DNA of 63,124 bases, counting the filler, from Octopus bimaculoides (lineage: Eukaryota): the NCBI RefSeq assembly GCF_001194135.2. It is 7 parts of 6 records of this genome, joined end to end, with 100 filler letters (N's around TTAATTAATTAA, not from the genome) between each part and the next. Parts side by side here need not be neighbours in the genome. Positions count along the whole stretch, not along the records: positions 1 to 18,229 come from NC_068991.1; 6 more parts are not named here. One strand, 5' to 3'. The notes under the pieces are model-generated. The model saw nothing but the letters and a program-made list of their open reading frames with translations. It ran no database searches and was not told the origin of the DNA. Below are positions 1-12,414 of this stretch, one piece after another. The translations under genes and the position numbers were made by a program. Within the stretch, counting starts at the first letter, position 1. The number at the start of each line of letters is the position of its first letter.

Positions 1-216
1 ATATATAATAATACAAAGAATATATATACATGTATACACACATATATGTACATACTTACATCTACATGTGTATATACATGCATATCAGGGTACAGGACGT
101 TAGAACAATAAACTACAGACAACGGAACGAACACATAGGAAAACGGAAAGCCCCTTGGAATATCCCTTCATCAGCTGTCTCTATTCTATCCAGACGTTTC
201 GAAGACCAGACACATA

Positions 217-615
217 GGCGCAGGAGTGGTTGTGTGGTAAGTGGCTTGCTTTCCAACCGCATGGTTCCGGGTTCGGTCCCGCTGCGTCGCACTTTGGGCG
301 GGTATCTTCTGCTGTAGTCTCGGGCCGACCGGGGCCTTGTGGGTGGATTTGGTGGACAGGGGCTGAAAGAGGCCCCTCGTGTATATATGTGTATATATAT
401 ATGTGTGTATATATGTTTGTGTGTCTGTGTTTGTCCCCCCAACATCGCTTGACAACCGATGGCGGTGTGTTTACGTCCCTGTAACTTAGCAGTTCTCAAA
501 AGAGAACGATAGAATAAGTACTAGGCTTACAAAGAATAAGTCCTGGGGTCGACTTGCTCGACTAAAGGTGGTGCTCCAGCATGGCCACAGTCAAATGACT
601 GAAACAAGTAAAAGA
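217..615 (+). mobile_element. SINE family A (bipartite, tRNA head, central TA/TG microsatellite)
   Basis: A-box TGGTTGTGTGGTAAG, B-box-like GGTTCCGGGTTCGGTCCC, central (TA/TG)n, 3' module ...GGGGTCGACTTGCTCGACTAAAGGTGGTGCTCCAGCATGGCC...GAAACAAGTAAAAGA; many homologues in window. Confidence 0.85.
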
Positions 616-639
616 ATATATATATGTATGGAAGAAAAA

Positions 640-1145
640 GAGATGACACAACTTACAGCTGTTTCTACAACAAGATAAAGTAAACTCTTAGATGAGCGCC
701 GGAACAGCTTTGTCGGAACCTCGAATATGAAATGCAATTTATTTGGGAAAAAAAAATTACATTTGTGCAATATACAGGGAAGGCATTACGAGTGAGAAAG
801 TCGTTATTGATGTATATTTAAAAAGTCTATGTCCTACAGGCAATTAGATTTGCAAGTAGAAAAAGTAGAAAAAATATAAGTATATATATATACATATGCT
901 CATGCACTCGAAAAATGCACGCAGATACACAGCTACACACACATAGACACTCAAACACGTACACACCTACACGCATGAATTATCTACAGACATACATATA
1001 CAAATTACATACGCACACAGAAAAAAAGAAAATAGATGGAGACGGACAGAAACCGACCCCTAGACGCACAGACCTATTCATATGTATATACATACACTCT
1101 CTCCCCCACTCACATACCACACATACATACACATTATTGATATAT

Positions 1146-1191
<46 letters not shown>

Positions 1192-1752
1192 GAGAATATA
1201 CAAAAAATAACAACAGACGAGGACAGGTGATATATATGTATGTATGTATGTATGTATATATTCGCAGATGGAGATATGCAGATTGAAAACACTTATAGAC
1301 ACGGATAGATCTATACGCACTGAAATAAAGATTAGTGAAAGGAGTGGAAGGGGAACAAGAGTGTATAAGGTCATTAAGATTTTTTAAGAGATGAAGGGGC
1401 ATGTGTGTATTTATGTAAACACAAATACAGACACACAGACACACATACATATATGCGCGTCTGTATGTGCGCATTTGTATAATATACTTATGTTTTCTCT
1501 ATTTTTTCTACTTGTAAAACTAATTGCCTTTAGAACATAAACATTTTTTTGATATGCATCAGTAATGGCTTTCTCACTGGTAATGCCTTCTTTGTATAGT
1601 GCACGAATGTAATTCAATTCTTTTTCCAAAATAAATTGCACTTCATATTCGAGGCTCCGATGAAACTATAGAATTTTATTCAAACACTCAACTAAAAGTC
1701 CACTGCACCTCAACGCAGAAACAGCTGTAAGCTAATAAAGTTATGTCATCCA
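640..1752. repeat. Pair of diverged ~250-bp inverted repeats (640-895 and 1481-1752)
   Basis: CTCGAATATGAAATGCAATTTATTTGGG...GCAATTAG...CAAGTAGAAAAA matches the reverse complement at 1481-1660; CTTACAGCTGTTTC matches GAAACAGCTGTAAG at 1718-1731. Confidence 0.8.
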
Positions 1753-1853
1753 TGACCATTGTTTTTCCTATGTTATCTCCTCTTCTTATTCCTCTACACT
1801 CATCCAACACGTATACTGAGTTCTACAGCAGGCTTATTAATCTCGCAATGCCT

Positions 1854-2016
1854 AAGCGAGTGGCTGCATGCTAAGAAGCTTGTTTCCCAACCCCGTGGTT
1901 CCAGGTTCAGCCCCACTGCATTGAATTTTGCGCATGTGTCTTCTACTATAGCCTTGGATCGACCAAAGCTTTGTGAGTGTATTTCGTCGACGGAAACTAA
2001 TAGATGCCCGTCGTAC
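1854..2016 (+). mobile_element. SINE family A left module, runs into (TA)n and gap
   Basis: Homologous to 217-378. Confidence 0.75.
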
Positions 2017-2032
2017 AAAAATGCATACATAC

Positions 2033-2066
<34 letters not shown>

Positions 2067-3733
2067 NNNNNNNNNNNNNNNNNNNNNNNNNNNNNNNNNN
2101 NNNNNNNNNNNNNNNNNNNNNNNNNNNNNNNNNNNNNNNNNNNNNNNNNNNNNNNNNNNNNNNNNNNNNNNNNNNNNNNNNNNNNNNNNNNNNNNNNNNN
2201 NNNNNNNNNNNNNNNNNNNNNNNNNNNNNNNNNNNNNNNNNNNNNNNNNNNNNNNNNNNNNNNNNNNNNNNNNNNNNNNNNNNNNNNNNNNNNNNNNNNN
2301 NNNNNNNNNNNNNNNNNNNNNNNNNNNNNNNNNNNNNNNNNNNNNNNNNNNNNNNNNNNNNNNNNNNNNNNNNNNNNNNNNNNNNNNNNNNNNNNNNNNN
2401 NNNNNNNNNNNNNNNNNNNNNNNNNNNNNNNNNNNNNNNNNNNNNNNNNNNNNNNNNNNNNNNNNNNNNNNNNNNNNNNNNNNNNNNNNNNNNNNNNNNN
2501 NNNNNNNNNNNNNNNNNNNNNNNNNNNNNNNNNNNNNNNNNNNNNNNNNNNNNNNNNNNNNNATATATATATATATATATACATATATGTGCATATCTAC
2601 AACACCTCCATGTATATATAAGTATGTGCGTTTGTGAATGTCTGCGTATGTATGTATGTACAAATATTCTTACCTACGAACTTATGGCTGTGTATGTATA
2701 TCTATGTCTGTCTCAGCAGTAGTCCTGTTGTAATATCTAATATTGTTAAGGCGCCTACGTGGCAATCCTGAGTTGAAAACTGTAAGGTTTATATAACATG
2801 AATTATTAGGGATAACTTCACTAAGAGTAAACTAATAACTAAGCTGTTCAAAATACGCCAGACCTCACATTTATTATAGAAGGGCCAATGCATACAGGGT
2901 TTACAATATATCATTTTGGATGGCACAATGTCTCATGTTTCTTCATCTGTTTAATTATTGCTGGATATGTCTGTGAAATTTCAAACAACCTTTGCTTTAA
3001 CTTCTATCAACTTGAACCAATGAGGATGTCTCTTCACTGTCGCTCGATTTGCTTCAAATTGCAATGAAATCTTCCTTAAATTACATCATAAGCGCGTGTA
3101 AAAAAAAAAGAGAAGAGAGAGACTGGGTAATTTAGTCACTAATACATACATACATATATATACATATGTGTGTATGTCTATGCACACACACACATACACA
3201 CACACACACACACACACGTACACACGCACACACATATCATAAGGGCTCATTGGCGCTGCCCTTCTTTTCTTGACTGCGATGATAAAATAAAAAAGAACAA
3301 GAGCACTCAGAGATCACAAACCTCCGCTAGGGCAACAAGAACGCGCTACCATTCCTTCTATTCCACACGATTTGGGTTTAGATTATATTCAACTGAAGAC
3401 CGCCAAACTATTTGGCGTGTGTTCATTTTACCAAACCCGAAAGGATAGAGAACAATTTCAATCAACTCCAGCTCCCATGGGATTTGAACTAAGAATTTGT
3501 AAGGGAGATAATTTGAAAGGTTACAATGACAGTAATCCTTATTTCATCATCACCAGTGCCTTGTTTACGTAGCCCAGACAAATAATCTTCTACGGCCGAT
3601 GTGTCTATGTATGTAGCATAGACCTGAGCAGTGTATCACTGTTTTATCAGTTTGCTCTTTTGAGTTTAAGGATTTTCTTTTCTGTGAGTGAGGCCCACAA
3701 TATTAGCGTTCACATCGCGACACTATTATCAAT

Positions 3734-3893
3734 GTGTAGGAGTGGCCGTGTGGTGAGTAGCTTGCTTATCAATCACATGGTTCCGGGTTCAGTCCCACTG
3801 CGTGACACCTTGGGCAAGTGTCTTCTTCTATAGTCTCGGGCTGACCAAAGTCTTGTGAGTTGATTTGGTAGATGGAAACTGAAAAGAAGCCCG

Positions 3894-3928
<35 letters not shown>

Positions 3929-4195
3929 NNNNNNNNNNNNNNNNNNNNNNNNNNNNNNNNNNNNNNNNNNNNNNNNNNNNNNNNNNNNNNNNNNNNNNNN
4001 NNNNNNATATGGGTGTGTGTGTGTGTGTGTGTGACAACCGATGTTTGTGTGTTCACGTCCCCGTAACTTAGCGGTTCGGGAAAAGAGACCGATAGAATAA
4101 GTAATTGGCTTAGAAAGAATAAGTCCTGGGGTCGAGTTGTTCGACTAAAAGCGGTGCTCCGGCATGGCCGCAGTCAAATGATTGAAAAGAAAAAA
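3734..4195 (+). mobile_element. SINE family A full copy
   Basis: Both modules present around (TA)n/gap/(TG)n. Confidence 0.85.
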
Positions 4196-4213
4196 AGAAT
4201 AAAAGAATACCCA

Positions 4214-4430
4214 CAAAGGCAACGAACTGGCAGAGTCGTTAACACGCCGGACGAAACGCTCAGCGGTATTTCGTCCGTCTTCACGTTCTGAGTTCAAATT
4301 CCGCCGGGGTCGACTTTGCTTTTCATCTTTTCGAGGTTGATAAAATACGTACCATTTGAGTACTGGAGTCGATGTAATCGACCATTCTTCACCTCCAAAG
4401 TTTCAGGCCTTGTGCCTATAGTAGAAAATA
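4214..4430 (+). mobile_element. SINE family B (GGCCTTGTGCC tail variant)
   Basis: A-box GAACTGGCAGAG, B-box TCTGAGTTCAAATTCC, shared core; abuts family A tail. Confidence 0.8.
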
Positions 4431-6277
4431 TTATTACACAAACCCGCTTCATTAATATCACGTCTACTACTAACTTGATCTCTACCGCGAGCACGACCAT
4501 CGCCGCCGCCGCCTCCATTAAAACCACCACCCCCACCATCACCACCACCATCACCACCACCACCACCATCACTACCACCACTACAACTATGATCTCCATC
4601 ACTATTCGCTTAAGAATGAACTAAAAAAGGATTAATTCTATGGTACCCGTAAAGAAAGATTTTCGCGTTCTCAGCCCCAGTACCATTTTCCTGCTCAACA
4701 CTGTCGGAGCGGAGATGAATATCCACAAGTGCGAGCTCCGTGAATCAGAGTGGCCATTCCATCACATCTCCCTCGCGACCCTCTGGGGCAGCACCTTTTC
4801 CATTTTGTCTGCTGGGATCATGAGACGGTCTGAATCACAGGAAATCGTACATTCCACTTATGAATGTAAAGTTATTCCTAACAATATTGAAACTAACTCT
4901 ACATGCTTATATGTGTAATACATAGCATAAATCCCGATTTATTAATTTTACTCTAAGGGTTACCAGCAAATGGTGCTGAAGGGAACTGAGAAATGAGAAA
5001 GTAAAGGCTATTAGAGAGGTAAGCGAAGTAGAATGATACCTCATGAATCCCAGACTGTCTCCATAGAGACCGTGATATAGTACAATCAAATATATGGCAA
5101 ACTGTATAATAATTATTATGTGATAGCAAAAGATTAGTGATAACACGATAGCGACAAGGTAGAGATATTTAATAATAGAAATAGTTTAATGTTATCTTTT
5201 GACAGGAAAAATGATACTGTATGATATATCATTATGTACCCTTATCATATTTACTCCCTTCAGGTTTTTCTGTCAATTTGAGTCACGTTATATGAACTAA
5301 TAACGCAAACTTGTTTTTATGTCTCCACCATCATCATTATCACCACCACCATCACAACCACCACTACTGTTACCGCTGCTACCACCACCATCGTCATTAC
5401 CGCTACTAAGACAAAAGTATCTAATGGCTAATGAAAATGAATAATCGTACTCTCTGAAAAAAAAAGAAAAAGAAAGAAATTATAGAATTTCTGTAACATG
5501 ATTTTCTTACTAAATCAAGTTTGCTCGTTTGGTAATCGACTCCAGATCTCAGATTCCATTCCACTGAGAACTGCTTTCCATTACGCAAAACATAGAAAAT
5601 TTTTTAACGAAGCCCCACTGGTATGAAAAGGGTTAATTCTGGTCTATGCCGCTTGAAAAGAAACGAACGAAAACATTACAGTAGTAATTGAAACCAATGG
5701 AGTAGAATTCTGCAAAAGTATTCAATTCTAGCTAAAACTTAACATATAGGCCTTATTTTAGTCAGAGGATAAAGAGTAGCAACCATAAAATTTTAGTGCC
5801 TCCAAGATCGATGGGAGAAAGAGAAGTTATCCTTATACCGAACACTCCAAAGTAGTGTTAAACGAAACGAACAGGAACGGGCTTGACAGTTTCTGTCAAC
5901 CACATTTTACTTACAAATCCTTGATCAACTTGAAGTTATGATAGAAAAACACGCAAAAGTGTTACGTAGTAGGATTGAACCTGAAACCAATTCGTTGTGA
6001 AGCGAGTGTCTTTAATAAGCAGCTGTAACAGTGTACAAAAGACACACTCACACTTGAGAGATCATAGGAGACTAAGCATTTCTTTTGACTAGGTATAGTC
6101 CAGTATCTGCTCGACCCCCAATGGTAGTCATGGAATGAGAAAGTGGATGTGCGGGCCGTGTTTGTAATGCTGTATATGTGTCGTCTGCAGTGAAGGTCTA
6201 TAGTAAAAAATCTTTGTAGCCTATAGTAGTTTATTGTAGGCTGATGACATCAATTATCGCCTTGCGATCCACGATAA

Positions 6278-6543
6278 TATTGGGTTGTCAGTTAAATTCG
6301 TTCGTTTTTCTTGAATTTTTAATTTTATTTGAGCCCCTCCCCCAATTGTTTTAATCCGTTCCATTGTTATTTGAATGAACACGAAAAATATTTTTTATCG
6401 CAATGTTTCATGCTTTTATTTAACTCTATTTTCCCTTTATAACTTTTGTTTATCGTTTTTTTTGAAATTGGAATAAATTTTGAAACTTTTCAATCATATG
6501 AAGTGGGGAAAAAAAACGAACAAATTCATTTGGCAAACCAATA
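6278..6543. mobile_element. Mariner-like MITE
   Basis: TATTGGGTTGTCAGTTAAATTCGTTCGTTTTT vs reverse complement of right end TATTGGTTTGCCAAATGAATTTGTTCGTTTTT; TA at both termini; AT-rich non-coding interior. Confidence 0.6.
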
Positions 6544-6636
6544 TTTTAAGCGGATGCTTGTTCGATTTGGTAAAGCGGTGAAATTTTGTCCATATTTCGA
6601 TACATCTCATTAGATATTAATTTGGAAATTCGCACT

Positions 6637-6790
6637 ATGTTACGACAGACCAGCACTCACAATAGACCAGCTCTCTGTTACGACGGATCACAGCGCTCAG
6701 TTAAGACAAGCCAGAGGTCTGTTACAATAGACCAGTGCTATGTTATATTAGACCAATGCTCTGTTACGATAGATGAGAACTCTGTTCAAA
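6637..6790 (+). repeat. Degenerate ~21-bp minisatellite (TAGACCAGTGCTCTGTTACGA), ~7 units
   Basis: Repeated TAGACCA...CTGTTAC units. Confidence 0.75.
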
Positions 6791-7460
6791 TCTTGTCGAG
6801 ATCAACTTGCTTTTCATCACTTCGGGGTCGATAAAATAAAGTACTATTCAAATACTGAAGCCAATGTAATCGATTTGTTCCCTTTCTTCAAAATTGCTGG
6901 CTTTGGACCCTGCAACCAACCGGCGTCCTGTTCAGAGGGGAATGTTGGGATCTCGGTCACTTATTCACTATGAAAATCGAGTAACCAGTCTTAAAAGTTC
7001 GGGAGCTCGAGGGGAAAAAATGACTCATCGCATGATTTATTGTATAACTATAGAATTTCTTCGATGGCTAGATCAGAAAAAAACAACAACAACAGAGCAT
7101 CTCGACCCTTTGTTGGGCCTCCATGAAAGGTCAGTGATAGGAAAGAATCAATCATCAGTTTTAGGACTTGTCTTGCAAGAAAGTGGGCTACGCTTAAAGC
7201 GACCAAAAGCTAAATGGAGGTGATGTTAAACTGAATAAATAATTAAATTTAAAATTCAGGAATAAAAACATTCCACCATAGGGCTTCTACACAAGTTTCG
7301 TTAACTGAATGTTCGTTAACTGAATACCGCTCACTGACGAGTATTTCGTTGATTTGTGTTGACAAGTGAACTTAACTTTGGTAGTTTAACAATCAATTGA
7401 AGTGAAGGCTTTTTTACCAAAAAGTAATAAAAAAATAAAATATAAATATTCCCCGAAATA

Positions 7461-7934
7461 GGTGCAAGTGTGACTGTGTTGTTCAGATGCTCGCTTTGTA
7501 ACCACGTAGTTTGGGGCACAGTGTCACTGCGTGGGACCTTGGAAGAGTGCCTTCTGTTATACCACGCCGACCAATAACTTGTAAATAAATTCGATAGACG
7601 GAAACTTTGTGGAAGTGAGTCGCGCACGCGCTCATTGTTGTGTGTTGTGTGTATGTATGTTCGTGTTGTGTGTGTGTGTGTGTATGTGTGTGTGTATATG
7701 TGTGTGTATGTGTGCGTGTGTTGTACTTGTGTCTGTGTTTGTTCCTCCACCTCTTGACAACCAGTGTTGGTTTGTTTATGCCTCCGTGTCATAGCGGTTC
7801 GGTAAAAGAGACCGTTAGAATAAATACCAGATTTAAAAGACAAAATGTTCTGGGGTCGATTTGTTCAACTAAAAAATCATCTAAGGTGGTGCCCCAGCAT
7901 GGCCACAGTTCAGTGACTGAAACAAGTTAAAGAT
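7461..7934 (+). mobile_element. SINE family A full copy (older)
   Basis: Both modules with expanded TG-rich centre. Confidence 0.8.
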
Positions 7935-8914
7935 GAAAGATGGAAGAAACGTTATGTTTTAGAGCTATAAATAACGAAGACTGAAAACGAGAAAGAATAA
8001 CAGAAAGTTAAACGTTTAAACCAGAAAAGTTGCAGTGAAAATAAAACAGAAGAAAATATTTCCCACTCCATCAGTAAATTGAAGTAGAATGTAAAGAGAA
8101 AATATTTAAAATTATAAATGTCTCGAGCAGAGGTAATGGCGATGATAATTCACGGCTGTGACATCTGACTGAGTTAGTAAAGCTACGACGGTGACCCAGA
8201 TTTCAGTGTGTACATATTGTGGACGATGGAGATGTATTTACAGAAAAACACATAGCAGGAGCTGTGCGAGATATCTTATTATAATGACAAATGTCTAAAA
8301 AAAAAAAAATTACAATGTATTTGAATAAACGTATTGTTAAATCAATTTACGAGCGAGAGAGTTGTTGATATTTGGAGGTGTTGGAAGTTTTGTTTTGTGT
8401 TGCTATTGTTGAAGCTGATGTTGTTGTTGTCTCTTTTTTTTATAGATGATTCTATTAACAATAATGTGGTTCATTGCATTAGCATTCTCTGGTGATTTTG
8501 TCATTACACTGTGCATGATTTTTGTTCTTGGATAACAACTGTTATTTTCTATTTGCTTATCCTTTGACAGTATGAAAAATGGCTAATACTTGCTTTTGTT
8601 ACATTTATCCAAACGCAAAGAATTCCTCTCAACACATGGCTATGATGCTCCCCATCTACTCCAGCTCATGATCAGAAATGCACTAAGAGACATACTAATA
8701 TGAGATATTGAACAGAATATTTGCTATAACAATATTTCTGCCTCAGCAACTCAGTGCTGAATCTGAAATGTAATGGAAAATAGGTCAGTTTCAAAACATT
8801 GATGTCCAGGTCACAAAAGCAAAGTTTGAAGGGAATAGTAGTCATTTCCTTTGATTTCTAGATAGAAAAAAATAGGAGATAACACTTACTGACCAAAGAA
8901 AAAAGAAACTGAAA

Positions 8915-9846
8915 CACAGTGTTATTGTTCCAGAAGTTTTGAAACATTTTTATAAGAGAAGTAATTATAACAGTCCAAGATTATTGTACATCATCTAATC
9001 AGCTGACCTGCCAACATTTGTTATTTCAGATTGAAGGAGACGGTTGTAACAGCACTTTGAATGCAACCTGCTAAACACTGCTCGTAACAGCTGTCTAGTT
9101 TGCAGAATGCAGTCGAGGCATGAAGACAATGTTAAACTGGTGGGCAAAAACGTTTCTGAAACTTATAAAATCTTTCTGACTGCTTATGGGTTAACTTATT
9201 TTGGCCAAATATCTGTTTTTCACTGGCAAAACAGGTTCAAGGATGGTAGAAAGGAGGTGAGAGACGAGCGCTGTCGAAAGGATAAGAATGTCAAAATAAC
9301 AGAATTAGTTGAAAAAAGATTTGTAATTTTCTAGAAGACCGTTGTGTGTCTAATAAAGGCAAGAAGTACATACTTTGAAGCTTACAGAATTATTCACAAT
9401 ATTTGTGCAAAGCTTGTTCTCAGGGTGCGCAATGTCGAGCATCGTGATAACCATCTCCTTGACAGAGATGGGGGATCAAAACTGTCCCTCGCCCTCCCTA
9501 CAGTCCAGACCTTGCTCCCTGTGACCTTTGGTTGTTTCCCATGTTAAAGGAGAACCTCAAGGCCAGTCGTTTCGAAGACACAGATAAGATGAAGGAGGCT
9601 CTAACAAGGGTCCTCAACGCTTTAACTTTGGAGGACGTCCATGATGCCTCCCCGAAGTGACTGGAGCACTACAACGATTGCATTGAAACCAGAAGATCCT
9701 ACTTTGAAGGAGATTAGAGTTTTGTTATTTATTCTTTTATTCTTTTATGTGTTTCAACTAGGTGGCTGTAGTTATGCTGGAGCAGTTTGGAATCCATGAA
9801 TTTCTCCCCTGAAAAAAATCTCAAAACTTCTAGAATGCACCTTACG
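8915..9846 (+). mobile_element. Internally deleted mariner (Tc1/mariner) transposon remnant
   Basis: HTH-like GKNVSETYKIFLTAYG...VFHWQNRFKDGRKEVRD (9130-9280); PRPPYSPDLAPCDLWLFPMLKENLK...YFEGD* (9490-9715), the mariner YSPDLAPxD signature. Degenerate TIRs at ~8915-8945 and ~9818-9846. Confidence 0.85.
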
Positions 9847-10515
9847 AAAGTAGGGTATGATTTGAGAGAGATTTAGCTGCTATTTCTAGCAGGTCTAGGG
9901 TGACCACGTAAAAGTTATCCCGTTAGTAACAAAGGCGGCGGTTTGTAAAAATAAGTAGAGAGGCGCAAAAATAACTTGTGGTACTTCGTGGCGTACCTTT
10001 AAGCTTTGAAATCGAATCTTACAGAGGCCAACCTTGCCTTCGATCTTTCTAGGGTCGATAAAATGAAGTACCAGTCATGCACTGAGGTTCATGTAATCAG
10101 TCCCATATCATTCTTATCATCTGTAGTCTTATGCTATAAATGAGTATTGTAGCTGATCAACCCCGGTATTTACCAGCTTTACTTTCGATTGTGATACACT
10201 TTAGTAGAATTCGCAAAGTATCGGACGAGATGTCTAGTGGTACGACAGCCGACTATATTGCATTTGTTGTGAGGTCAAATATTGCCAGCATCACCGTTGC
10301 TTTTATTCTTTCAGGGGCCGCTAAAGTGAGTACCAGTCAGTTACTTGTACCGGATGTATAACTTTGCATCTAGTTTTAAAATCGATATTGCACTTTCATT
10401 CCTTTTCTTCTTAACTTTGTTTTGCCCCAGATTAGTCTTCCTAGGCTAAATCTATGACCAAAGGCATTCCAGTCAACCTGGGAGAGTCTTCGATGTATGT
10501 AATATTTAATTAAAC

Positions 10516-11230
10516 AACGGCAGCGAGCTGGCAGAAACGTTAGCACGACGGGCGAAATGCATAGCGGTATTTCGTCTGCCGCTACGTTCTGAGTTCAAAT
10601 TCCGCCGAGGTCGACTTTGCCATTCATCCTTTCGGGGTCGATTAAATAAGTATCAGTTACGCACTGGGGTAGATGTAATCGACTTAATCCCTTTGTCTGT
10701 ACTTGTTTGTCCCCTCTATGTTTAGCCCCTTGTGGGCAATAAAGAAATAAGAAACGTTAGCACGCCGGGCGAAATGCTTAGCGGTATTTCGTCTGTTGGT
10801 ATTTTGTCTGAGTTCAAATTCCGCTGAGGTCGACTTTGCCTTTCATCCTTTCGGGGTCGGTTAAATAAGTACCAGTTACACACTGGTGTCGATGTAATCG
10901 ACTTAATCCCTTTGTCTGTCCTTGTTTGTCCCCTCTGTGTGTAGCCCCTTGTGGGCAGTAAAAAATGAGAAACGTTAGCACGCCGGGCGAAATGCTTAGC
11001 GGTATTTCGTCTGTCTACATTCTGAGTTCAAATTCCGCCGAAGTCGACTTTGCCTTTCATCCATTAGGGGTCGATAAATTAAGTACCAGTTGCGTACTTT
11101 TAGGGGAGGGGGTCCAGTCGATAACATCGACCCCAGTACGCAACTGGTACTTAGATTATCGACCCCGAAAGGGTGAAAGGCAAAGTCGACTTCCCCCAAA
11201 ATTTCGGGCCTTGTGCCTAGAGTAGAAAAT
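10516..11230 (+). mobile_element. Tandem array of SINE family B (three head-to-tail units, last with internal inverted duplication)
   Basis: AGAAACGTTAGCAC recurs at 10533, 10750, 10968 (period 217-218). Core GTCGACTTTGCCTTTCATCCTTTCGGGGTCGATAAATAAGTACCAGT. Confidence 0.88.
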
Positions 11231-11733
11231 ATTTTATTAACCATCATACAATATAATTTGAGGGAGATTAAACCGATATTTCCAGCAGATCGAACGACCA
11301 TTTATAGGCTCGCTGGTTGTCGACCTTGTTGTTGTTACTCTTTTTTTTGTTAATGATGCTTGTGATGATGGAAGTAGAGGTTGTCGTACGTGGCTGTGGC
11401 GGTGCTGCTCTGGTTGGTGCTAGTGGTATCGATGTCAATGTTATTGTTTATAGTGGCAGTGTTGGTGATGGAGGTGGGATGAAGATAATGACTAAATCAT
11501 CACCATCATCACCATCATCACCATCATCACCATCATTACTCCCATGGCCAACGTCACCTTCCACAATAATCCCATTCATTGGAAGCTTGCAACGTTGATA
11601 ACGTTGCCCTCAACACGACAAGTTTCATCACAAACCAGGCATCAATGATAAATAATGAACGACCTTCTTCGACTGCAAAGTGCTGCATATATTTTATGTC
11701 GTGGCATGAGTGTGATGATAGACAGGAAAGAGA

Positions 11734-11802
<69 letters not shown>

Positions 11803-11803
11803 C

Positions 11804-11835
<32 letters not shown>

Positions 11836-12414
11836 GAGAGGGGAGAGAAAGATGCCCTGTATATGAAAGATATATGGTAAAGAGCACTAAACACCTACCA
11901 TTTATATATGCATCTTGCGCAAGATGGTAGACAAGAGATGCTGAGTGAAACCCAACACTCGCTCTATACTTATGTCACTTGTATCTGCAAATGGATGGAG
12001 GTTCAGCTGCCAAAAACAGTAGATGCTGAGAAGAATTTCTCAACTCATCATAGACACACAAGCAGGAGTACAATACTCCACAGTCGTGCTGGGTAGTTAG
12101 AGGTCGGCTAGTGCAGAACATTCACGATGAAACAGGCTGGATATATTTATAACTATAAGTACTGAACTAAACAAAGAAGCTCCTACGAGATGTGAGAGCT
12201 TATATGTGAGGCAATAAGGAAAGCTCTAAGCAAGCAAACAAGAAAATATTTATGGGAAACCAACAGAAATTCTAGAATTCAATAGAGAAGACTACGCGCA
12301 ATAATGGTGGCTTTACACGCCAATAATGGTGGCCCCACACACCATTAAGGGAATCTCTACGATCCAACTAGGAAACCTCATTGATCAATCGAGGCAGTAA
12401 TTATGTGGTCATAG

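Noticed and set aside
150-210. Type II hammerhead on minus strand (GAAACGUC...CUGAUGA)
   Set aside because: Core words present but stems I and II do not pair convincingly.
1759-2722. Long ORFs spanning N runs (also 13701, 15316, 30458, 36989, 42652, 50464, 54228)
   Set aside because: Open only because N codons translate as X; flanks are microsatellite.
8448-8535. Plus-strand MILLTIMWFIALAFSG... after a polypyrimidine AG as a signal-peptide exon
   Set aside because: Stops after 29 codons, no good donor; T-rich sequence gives hydrophobic translations by chance.
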